This document shows, one piece after another, positions 12,501 through 24,500 of a stretch of DNA of 64,000 bases (the stretch's first letter is position 1; each line of letters starts with the position of its first letter). The notes below the pieces were generated by a model, which was given only the letters and a program-made list of their open reading frames with translations, did not search any database and was not told the DNA's origin. The position numbers were made by a program, and so were the translations under genes. Source of the DNA: Ascidiella aspersa (taxonomy: Eukaryota); NCBI GenBank assembly GCA_963924565.1, contig OZ004608.1, positions 33,852,001 through 33,916,000 of the forward strand, given 5' to 3'.

Positions 12501-15500
12501 AGTTTAACGTTAAATTCTTATGACCCTAACTTGACTTGAAGTCGACTTGCTCTAATATTGACGTGATTAGGACTTGACTTGCGCAACCGATGACTTAGAC
12601 TGGGGTTTGATTTGTTATTTTTTAAAGTAGACTTTGACTTTTTCACCAACAACTTTACTTTGACTTAAGTAATTTCAAAATGACTTGTTTACAATAAGTT
12701 ATACCTAGGTAATCCTATATAAATTTGAATACCTTTGGCTTTGTTGTGTTGTGTGGTTAAAGCGACGAAAAAGCTAGATAAGTTTTGAAACAGTTTGGGT
12801 GTATGTAAGGTATGTTAATTCTTAACCTTTGTCAGATTTATTTTTGTAAAAGTTACGATAATCACGTTGCGGCGGAAGGGTTATTAAATCCTACAAAGTG
12901 TCAACTCCTCCTACCAGTGTTGTAAACAAATCATTTTAAAATGACTTAAGTCCCAGTCAAGTCATTTGAAACCTAACTTAAATCCAAGTTAAGTCAAAAA
13001 TAACAAGTCAAGTTCAAGTCATCGGTTGCCCAAGTTAAGTCGTTGTCAAGTCATAATAAGAGCAAGTCAATTTTAAGTTAAATTATTGACATGAAAAGAA
13101 TCTGTTAAACGTTTAAAATTGGTAAACTCGTCCGATTATAAGCAACAAATCAAATAAAAAAATAACACAAACGCAATATACAGCAATAAAAGTGATAAAT
13201 TTTAATAGAAAACACTTAATTTAATCCCAAGTAATTTGAAAAAATGACGTAAGTCCAAGTTAAGTCATTTAGAAACAGTGGCTTAGCTGCACTTAAGTCA
13301 AGTCATTTATTCAAAGGACTTAAGGCAAGTCAAGTCATTTGAAAACAGTGACTTAAGTCAAGTCAATGCCTTAAAAGTCATTACAAAACTGCCTCTTACC
13401 CACTGCTCCTCTTACGCACACAGCATCCCGCTTCCAAGACCCAGACATCCGCTTCCTGGAGAGGAGAGGATTGCTCTTCACTCCCAACTCGGAGAGCGTG
13501 GCAATAGAGGCTCGCTTCTTCCCGATTGGATTGCACTTGGTTTGCCTTAACGTGGCCATGGAAGGAGTCGAGGGAGTCAACGCTTCTGATTGCATATTCA
13601 TCGAGATGATATTGCCCCCTCTGGTGGCCGCTGTGGAGTACGGAGTTCGCCGCACGGTGGGGTTTGGAGAAGTGATTCGTGTCGACGCTGAATCAGCTTC
13701 GTACGATCCTGATGTGATCAATGGTGGTTCTGAGAGATCTGTGAATGGATCAAGTGGGTTGAAGTACCTGTGGTCGTGCCCGTTTCTTATTGAAGCTGGG
13801 GAGTTGGGAACGGAGATTGAGGCTCTGGATTTGGACGATGAAGCTGAGTTGATGTTCGGAGGAGAGCCTGGTTAGTTGTAGTCTAGATTTCGAAATATAT
13901 ATGCCTTGTCTGCCAAACATATAAACTATGAAGCTGAGTTGATGTTGAGAACTTGGTAAGATATACAGCGAAGAATCCAAATATGTATTAGGCTTTTATA
14001 GTCGCCTTTGTAAAGCTAGCTCCTTCGACCAATTCATGAAGTATCAGCAGCTGTATATTGATATTATGACTAACCTCGTTCTTATGTTATAGATTGGACC
14101 TCTTCTATATTTTGCAACCTAATAGAACTTGAATGCCACAACAGCTATCATGAATTGCAATTTGACTCCGTATCAAACCTCAACGATTTATCAATGTAAG
14201 AAGAATCGTTTTTCCTGTTTAAAACAATTATTGGAAAGTAAAATTGCTTGTACTAGAATGTAACAAACATTGGCGTATGGTTGTTGCTCCCCATTAAGCC
14301 TGTGTAGTGCGTAGCTCAGTTGGTAGAGCGACGGTCCCGGTATGACCCGAGGTCGTGAGTTCGAACCTCACTGCAGGCTAGTTGTTTTTCTAGCCTGCCC
14401 TGCTTGCATCATTGATCAACAGATTCGGTGAGTCTGCAATGGCTTTCGGCGTGTTAATAGTACGTGAGCCCTAATCGTTGGACAAAAAGCAGCTCCAGAA
14501 GGGTAGAACACAGGCGTTGAATATGTGCGTGTTTGTCTATTGGAAAGTCTAATTTATTGCTTTCTTAGGTTGGCCAACAGCGCTTTCGGATTATCACGGC
14601 TACAAGATCACTGTGGAGATACAAGGCACTGCGTGGTCTCTGTTGATTTCCTGTTTAACAGTGAAGCCAGTGGAATGGAGTCGGTTGTTGAAGATGACAA
14701 ATTATGTGCCAACGTTACGTACCGTTGTAATGTACCAGGTTCGTGGTAATACATATATATATAGGGCGGACAATGCTAAGATCTAAATATTTGAAGAAAA
14801 AAACGATCATACTTGAGGGGAAAAAACACTAAACGCGGCATGGCACTATTTTGTACTCTAAGCTTGATAATTGTTTTTAAATGGTATTTTGTGATATTAT
14901 CTTCGTACTTTTCTTATGTAAAGCTTTCTGAAGCTCTATATTGTTGTAATACCTCCGTGTAATATATTTTAACTCGGTTATCTTTTGTCGTTAGTTATCG
15001 GTTATCTTTTGTAAAATGAGGAACAGCATTTTAAAAAACAAATTTATTCAAAATTATAACAGTTTTTTTACAATCTGAACAGAAGCAAAACTTGTTTTCT
15101 TTATTTAGCCTCATCTACTCTTTTCGATTATTATGAGTCCAACCATCGCTGTTTGGCATCGGGGTATTACCCTAAAGCGCAACAGGCTGCCAGCCAACGT
15201 TGTAATTCATTGGCTCAATCATTTCCAGATTCGTGCGGTTTCTTACAGGTGACGTACAAACTTTGTTCAATTAAATTAGAAAATTATTATTTCACGAATT
15301 GTATTAATAACCTTAGTTTAAATACATCCAAATGCGAAAATGTTTTAAATAAGTGAAAGTGCAAGGTTCTGTTTACAAGTAGCTAATGGAATTAGTTCAT
15401 TTTGTTTCGTGGTATGAACATCCCGAATCACTCTATAACATGGCTCCAGGGGGGACACATGGCCGTACATTTCGCAACTTTAACAATATAAAGGCGTTTT

Positions 15501-18500
15501 TTCGCTTTGCGCGAATCGATAACACCTTTGTAATATAACTTTTGTATTGTCGGTCAGCTCTTCCAGCCTAACAATTACACATAATAAACTATATGCGTAT
15601 AGTGTTCTTAAGATTACTTCTTTTTGACGCCACGTTTAAATGCAACTTTGTGACGTCGTCCTTAATTTTTTTTATTCCATCCCAAAAACAAAAATCCGAG
15701 ATTTGCGCCTGCTCTCATATATTTACTGTATTTCTTTCATTTTTAGATGGATACGAATCTTTTGCAACTTGGATCGAGTTACATGATCCGGTTTCGCTTG
15801 AGTGATTCCAAGACCAGTCGCGTTGCTCGTTCCTTTCAACTCATTGACGTCACTTTAGGGGAACCACCGAAATTGAGGTTAGTACACTGTGAAGAATAAT
15901 GTGGGCAGCAAAAACTGGTTTGGTATTTTTATCGATATTTTGCATTTAGCTTTGTAGCAGATCGTTAGCTTAGAAGAAAAGTAGTAATTACTGGACGAAG
16001 TTAATCACAATTCTACTCGCACGGTATTTGCCATCACTTGCAGCAGAAAATAATGCAGTTGTTAAAAACGTGATGTTCGAAATATTGACCAAATTTATAC
16101 GACTAGAAATATTGATTTTCCTAGAATAACTTGGTTTGGAACACAATGCACGGGATTCTTTTTTGTTTGGTCGATTTTATTTTCACGAAGTTTTACACTG
16201 GTGACATGATGCTATTGCGTAAAAGTTTGTCAACAGGAAAATGTCGATATTATAAAATATTACGGCTTTAAAAATTTTCTTGACATGATTGGGTTTGTAT
16301 TTACAGTAGATCAAATCCTGGAATCCACTTTTCATTGCACAGTGATACAAATGCTGGAGTTTCTACAGTATTTGTCTTAGGTTAACGAGAGAAAACAGGT
16401 TATCCTCTTGTCATTATCATTTCTTCGCAGCATCAACTGCAGATTTAACTGCAACATTAAGACAAACTCGCGGACGGCCTTGGTGCTCAACGTCGTGCAC
16501 AACTCAACTGCGATTGGTGGTACGAACAATAGTTCCATTATATCCTACACTTGGACCTTGAGCATCAGCACAGGAACAGCTGGACGAAAACGCAGAGAAA
16601 CTGACGAAAAAGAATTTCTCCCAGTTTCAGAATTTGCAGAAATGACGTCTACTGGTAAGGATTAAATCGTCGTCGTCAAAGTCTGTATTAGATTGTAAGT
16701 CTCAGGCACTAATTTTGGGACAGCATTTTACATATATAATATATATGAGGGTTATTTTGCCGATTATTCTGGTTAGAAAAATATATTACTCCGGGGTTTA
16801 ACTGGTTACAAGACCAACGTATTAATTATGTACCGTTTTAAATATGCTTTATATATTTCAATCAAACAACTTAGTTGTCAAGCATAAGTTTTGTTTGATT
16901 TCAGTTTATATTAGCAAAATAATACTACACAGTTTAAAATAGTGTGATGTAAGACAGTTTTAAGTTTTGTATTGAAACCGTATTAGCATGTCATTCACAA
17001 CATGTCAGATCGATCTATCATGTTGTAGAAAACTGAAAAAAGCACCATTAACATTCTCACATTTTGTTTTGGATAAACAGTCTTAAAAACTCTTGGTTGA
17101 AACCTTGAAATCTTTTAAGTTTAGATCTTAATAAAGTGTTCCTCAACATTTTTCGCAGCCAACCAAATAATAAGCCGAAGGATATCAGTGAAGCTTTGAC
17201 TGAGCTTGCTATAAGCGGACAAAACATAAGAATTCATCATTAACAAGTTCAAATATTATTGATATGAGCCATGTCTTTGTATTGCACCCACAATTTTCTC
17301 ACGCTTTAGAGAAATTAATTCAGAACCAACTCAATAAATCAAAACAAGCAAAACTACTGTAAACGGCGACCCAAGAAACACTGTCTAAAGACTAACTACA
17401 TTTTTGTCCTTTAATAACATTGTCGAAAATGTTTTCAGGCATCCATGGCGAGTACATGGTGATTCGACCGCACACCCTAACCCCAGGTAGGAAATACCGA
17501 GTAAGGGTGACGGGTGAGACCCCCAACACCTCCCCTGGCTACTCGGAATCGGAGTTCGTCATCAACTTGCCTCCTTATGGTGGTTCGTGTCAGGCGGACC
17601 CTACTGAAGGTAACATATTATTGGTGTTTCATGCTGTGGTTACCGCATACGACCTACGTTAATAATGTTTATAGTGTTCAGACTACATTTTTTATCTCTC
17701 GCACTGTTTAGAATAACCTTTACAAATTTTATGACCCACTGACTACAACAAATGAATATCTTACACTAGCGTCGCTTTGTTACTTGTGTGGCTAGTGAAC
17801 CTGTATTGATGTAAAACTCATAAAAAATATCCTACCTCAAATCGGCCTACTTAGTAAAATAGTGCAAGCAAGGCCAGGCCAGGCCAGGCTAGAGAAATAA
17901 CTAACCTGCGGTAAGGTTCGAACTCACAACCTTAGCCATTCGGGTCTGTTTACAAACTGAGCTAGACAGTTTAAGAGGGGAGCACGTCAAGAAACGGCCA
18001 TCCCTGGCCTGCCTGTACGTACATACAACATCATTTTGAGGGTATAAACAGCCCGTATTTAGAACTGAAATGTTCACATGCACAATGTGTTTTCTATGAT
18101 CAGGACCTTCTGAAGTTTTTGCAAAAAAACCATAGCGCCACTCATTATCCTGTAAAACCGCATGCCCTTTTGAAAGGCTTACCGATGTCATCTTATTCAG
18201 GATTATAGTTCAAGCAAACGATCCTATACTTGTTATGTTTTATTCAACAATAAGTATAAGTGAAGGAATGCTTTAAACAGCATTACCTTTATACCAGTAG
18301 ACCAGGGGTTCTTAAACTTTTTTAGCGCGGACCCCTAAATTGTTTTTTTGCTTCGCGTGGACCACGGTAAGCAAGAAATTTAAAAAAAAAATGACGTCAT
18401 AAATTGACGTCGTAATACAAATAGACTGTAGAAATCTGCAGTTTTCAGTCCCCAAAATGTGGAAGGGTGAATAGAAATAGAGACAGTCAGGGCAAAAATG

Positions 18501-21500
18501 TTTTATTTTTAATTAAACTCTTTCCTTAGTAAAATTAATAACGTCCTAAACATACACCAATATTTCAATCTGGCCTTCACGGACCCTTTATACCAGTGGT
18601 TCCCAAACTGTGGTACGCGTACCACTGGTGGTACGCGAGAGTCTTTCAGGTGGTACGCGACTAACTTCAGCATACGTATAAATTTGCGAAAACTCCCAAC
18701 TTTTAAAACTTTCAGATTGGGTAATTTGCCATGTTGCGTTTTAGTTACCTTTAATTTGAGGTTTCGCACGTTTATGACGTAACACTTATCTTGTTCAAAA
18801 TAATAAAACGCCAATTGTTAGCTGGTTTAACATATGAGAAGTAAATCGTTTACAAATTAACCACCCAGGCCTCTCTGATTTGGACAAACGGCTTGAACAA
18901 TATTTGTTGTCTTTTTCTGCTTCTAATTTGCAATTAATCCATTTCCTATTTCAAAAAAAAAGTCTTTGTTAATTTTCTGCAATTATTTTTACGTTGCATT
19001 TCAACCGTTTACATCACATTTTTTTATAAAATAACCATCGTCTTGTTTTCTTTGACATTTTTATATTTTAAGTATTTTTTTGAGTTTTACTTAAACCCGA
19101 AAAATATACTGATTTGTGTTGGGAATCATGTGGTTGAAGACGCCAAGACACTAATGCAGTGCTTCAAACAACAATAAGCTATTTAAATCAATGTATTTCT
19201 AACCTGTTCTTAGGTGGTACACGAACACTGTGCAAAAGCTGAAAATGGTACGCGAGAAAAAAAGTTTGGGAATCACTGCTTTATACGAACAGTAACTAAG
19301 CCCACTTGTTATCCAAACAGTGATGATTCATATTGAACCATTACGACCACATTTCAAAGTCTTTCCTTATTTTGAACAGTTAATGTTTATGTTAGTCTAT
19401 AATTTTAGTTTTTTTCTCAGGTATATCGTTGGAGGATTTGTTCACCATAAGCTGTCCCGACTGGATGGACGAGGGACTGAATGTAGATAGAAGCGTACCC
19501 ATTACTGCAAATGAATTCGCGTTACTTTATCAAGTATGGTGTAGGTTCTAAAAAAATATTTTAAAATGTTATCCTAGAAACAAACATAACAAATTTACGT
19601 CATTTTAAAACTAAAGTTACACGCAGTTTCTTAACCTAACAAATTGACGATTTTTAAGTAAAGTTATAGATTTTTTGGGAAAAGCTATAAAACGACAATG
19701 CTAATTAATATTTTACTATTAAACTAAGTAAAATCAGCATTGTATACATTTTCATAAAAACGGCACAATATAATCTGGTTGCAAAAACTAATATGATTTT
19801 CTTTTATTTGAGGTGTACGTTTACACTAGCAGCAATTCGACTCCGAATCTCCTTTCGTTTGGAAATTCTCCGGTAATAGAGGACAAGCACTTACCTCCAG
19901 GCCTCCCAGAAAACGATTATCAGTGAGTATAAGATCTGAAAATAATGTACTTCAAGTTGGCTGTATTTGCGGTGCAAAGTATTGTTTTTTTTGCTTTACT
20001 CTACATCATACCTATTACTTTAGGCGATTTTTAATTTAAACTGAATTATATGTAAAAAACATATTTGGACAGCATTTGGTTCGCCTTTGTAAATAGAGAA
20101 ATTATTTTTTTGTTATATTTAAAAACACATGTAATGGCTTTGTTTACAATTTTTATAGCATTTAATTTTATACAATTTTTTTTTTATTAGGAATTACCTT
20201 GATATTATAACGCTGTTGGGTGTATATTTTAAACGATTGACAACATGTGCCAATTTCTCAAGCATACCTTTAGTTTTGTATAAAATCGGGTAAAACTAAA
20301 GGGTTTTGTCGTGAAGAAATATTTAATCATGGTAAAATGAAAATACTGGCAATCTCTGTTTCTTGTGCAACTTTAGAGTCCTGCTACAAGTTCGTATTCT
20401 AGATGAGTACGGAGAGTCGGTGGTACTAAATATTACAGCGAAGGTCTTTGCGCCAACGGTAAGGTTAATTATATTGTTGAAACAATATCGCATTATGTTT
20501 ATCATTAATGTAGCTGTAATCATATGCATTTACGAGAAAACTGAAATTTTTTTGCCCAGAAACTTTCTATTGCGGGCATGTTGCAAAGGACTATTTTAAA
20601 CTCGCCTTTAAAACAGCAACAAAATCCGTCTTAAAGCCTTAGGATGACAAGAGTTCTGGTTACAATTCCAAATAGGGTAATTAGGTGGCACTATATAAAG
20701 ACAAATTGTATTAATTTTCGACAAGCTTTCGCACAACCGTGCTTGATCAGATCAAAGTAGAAAATCACCCGATGAAGCACGGTTATGCGAAAGCTTGTCT
20801 ATAGGTTTGAATATAATTTGTTTTTATACAGTGCCACATGAATAGCCTATTTAGAATTGTCCGGACATGTGCAAAGAATGGAAGGAATACTGCTAACTTC
20901 TATTTTGTTGCTGTTTTAGGAACTGTCAGTCGAAAGCTTGTCAAACATTTCCTCTGGAGAGGTTCCGATTTCGAACTCACAGGGGATTTCTCAACTTTCT
21001 ATGACCGTTGCTAGCCTCCTAAATAATCCGGTTTGTTTTGGTTTTAATATTTCGTACCTTAACTCGCACGACTCAAACATTTGCACGCACATTGTGAAAT
21101 ATATTATGTGATCAAGTCCTTTGGATTTGGACTGACCAACGGTAGCCGTACATTTTATATAGTACACAAGATGCCTTTGGAAAGGCTTACAAAATAAGCT
21201 GAATCATATTTTGTAGCATTGCCTTGCTTGCATTATAATCCTGATTAGACTGAATGATTTCGATATCCTGTAGAAATGTTATTGAAATCCTAGTTTTTAA
21301 CCACATGTACGTGTATTTGTTGCAGACTAGCAATCAAACCAACTCAACATCGAAAAATTCGCCGTCACTCGAAGAAGATCATAAAAAGAAGGAACGGGCT
21401 TCGATCAGAACAAGTCTTGTAGATGCGGTTATCAGTCGAATTAATCCTGAAAACGGGTTGGACGGTAATGCAAAGTGCCGTTAAAGAACTGATTAAGCCT

Positions 21501-24500
21501 AAAATACAATTTAATCCAACAAACGTTGTTGATTATCGCATATATATCTAGATTGGATTAAATTACGTTGCTGATGAAATCATGAAAATAGTGAAAGGTG
21601 GTTTATTTTTTACTTGCTTATTTTCGTGTTAAGACCGACATTCTTTTTTTTTTAAACCAAATATTTTTTTGTATGATTTGTCTTCTAAATGCGTTGCACA
21701 ACCAAAACCACATTCTATTTCTTTTTGCGATTTATGTTATGGGAGACCTGACTCGGTTTATTTCAAGACTGTTTTTTTCCAAAATACAATACGCTACTTT
21801 TAAATAATTTTAGGCAAATTTGTCACCTAGTTATGTGAAGACTTACTATCAGTGCTGGAACTAAGACAAACATTCTTATCAAGCTACAGTATGACACCGT
21901 TTTTTTTATCTGTTATTTAAAATGCGTTGTACAACCATATCCAACATTTACATACTACGTTTTAACACAGGCGTCCAACAATCTGCTCGAGCAATTAGCG
22001 GCCTGACGGAAATTATAGATGAGGTTGACGACGAAACGCAGGCCAAGGCTGCAGATGCACTTTCGGGGGAGATTGACTCACTTAAAAGGTGATATGTTTT
22101 TAGAATTTTCTGAAATATAATTAAATATAGTTATTTTATAATATCTAAAAGAGAAATGAGGTATGAAAATTATGATGTCATTTTTTCAAATTCATTTTTT
22201 AGTATTTTATCGATTGACTTTTGCTATAAATATTATAACTTTCTGTTTCTCTCTATGGCAACTTTCATTTCACAGTGATTTGACAGGAACTTGTTGCATT
22301 AATTTAGTTCTTTATCATTATATCGCGTTATGTCCTAATATAGCTGTGCTACGAACAAATCATTTTGAAATTACCTAAAGTTCCAGTAAAGTCATTAGAA
22401 AATACCTTAAAAAGTCGTTGGCAAAAAAATAAGTCCCAGTCCTCATAATCAGTTGCACAAGTCAAGCCATTCTGAGAGCAAATCAACTTCATGTCAATTT
22501 TAAAACAGTTCAGGCGCACTTATGTTAAGTCATTGACTTACCTCTTTACAGCACTGTGGTATAGATTTGTTTTAGTCTGTATGTAGGCAGGCTGATATAT
22601 ATATATATATAAATACACTTGTAGACATTTTAAGGCAGTGTTTTTCAACCTTTTTTCGCGGTGCCACAAATACAAGCGTAAATATAACAGCGAAGCCTTG
22701 ACGACCATTTTTCTTTACTGAACTCATTGTAAGCGATGGAAACATAAATTTAATCTCAGTGAATTAGTGAATCTGTGACATGTCTTAATACGGCGTCCAC
22801 ATTAGAATTAACGTAATCATGCTCAGAATCAATGTCAATAAATCTATAACCATGTGAACTGCTACAGTCGACGACCCATATATTGAGAAACACTGTCCTA
22901 AGGGAGTTTTCTGTGCAGACTCTCAGTGTCAAAACCTTCAGAAGACGTGGCCGAAACAGCTTCCGTAATGGTGGTTGGCATCGACAACGTTATGAAGGCT
23001 TCTCGAAGACAACTGCTCGACAATGCCGAGGTCGCCGGTTCGAACACCAGCCTCGTACCCGTGACGTCATTTTCGCCTCCCGTGCCGAGCGGGGCTTCCC
23101 CCAAAGCGATCCTGGATGAGGAGGAGAGCTTCCTGTCTCCGGAAGAAAGAGAGGAACGAAGAGCGAGTGAGCTCCGAAGAAAGGAGGAAACATATAAGAG
23201 GAACAGGGATCAGGTTGGTGGAATTCAAGGATCGCTTTTATTTCCAATATTTGTGAATGGCCGTATTTGTCTAGTTCTAAATAGAGAAATCAGGTGGCAC
23301 TGAAAAAAAAGCAATGCTGTGCTTTTTAATTGTCTTCACTTCTACTTTGTGCAAAAGCTTGTCGATAAATCAATACAATTTGTCGTTATACAGTGCCACC
23401 TGATTCCTCTTTTATTTCAAGATGTCCTCTTTAAGTAGTCAGATGTTCGTAAACTTAGAAATTGCATTAGTGGTTCCTAACGGCGGTTCCGTGGCACGCT
23501 AGGTTTCGAAATCATTGGTTCTATTAAGAAATGAACAGATTAAACCAATAACATAAGTTGGCATTATAAACATAAGGACCATACAACAAAGTTGTTATTG
23601 AAATATGTACATATATTTATATATATATCGCTATTTCTAAAAAGGCTCGCAATGTTGGTAAAACCGCCATACACTCTGTGGCCGGAATGTCAGACGCCTT
23701 ACTTCAGAACAAGGTTATCGGCGAACCTTCTCTCGATTTGAGAACCAAGGAATTGCAGCTTCGTACCCAGAAGACAAACATCAATCAACTTGCTGGAGAA
23801 AGTAACGCTACAGAAGGAATATCAGGTTTGTGCATTCGAATCTGCTTTGGGGCAATATTGCTTATGTGCTGAGTGCATTTGTCGTGTTGGTAAATCGTAA
23901 TTTGTTAACATTACGGTACTCAATATATTCTGTTGAATAACACTGACTATCACTAAACAATAAATTCTATAATGCTTATATGTTACTTTTTAGGTAAATT
24001 GCAATCCATTAAGAAGCTTATTTTTTAAGTTATAGAAATATAGACTACACACTACACAGTGTTGTTCTGTATAGTTATTCTAGTGTTTCATTATTTAATA
24101 GATACTTTTGGTGTTTATTTAGATTTATTCAGCAACAGCCTAATACAGCTATGCTCCTGTGACACCTCATCTGGTTCGTTAAATGGTGACGATGTCGACG
24201 CAGAGGTAATTGTTTTTTTTTTTTATAATATAGTAAAATATTATTATATTATATTATGTTATGATGTAAAACTGATCCAGCCAGAAAAGAGACATGTTTA
24301 ATGTTTATACTCTTTAATATGGGGTATCCCTGAAAAAACATAAAACCTTCATACTTTTGTTATCCCAATTAGGCGTGCCGTTTATATAATGCTTTGCAAT
24401 TATTCCTCAATTTCCTTTTTGTGATTTATGGTATGGATGATTTAAATCGGCCTATTTCAAGGTTATTTTTCTAAAATTTGTCACTTATTTGTGTTCAAAA

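Noticed and set aside
14569-14738. Alternative reading GWPTALSDYHG... spliced directly from exon 12
   Set aside because: It is open but leads to a phase conflict at exons 15-16. Including 14093-14195 restores the frame and gives a coherent Cys pattern.
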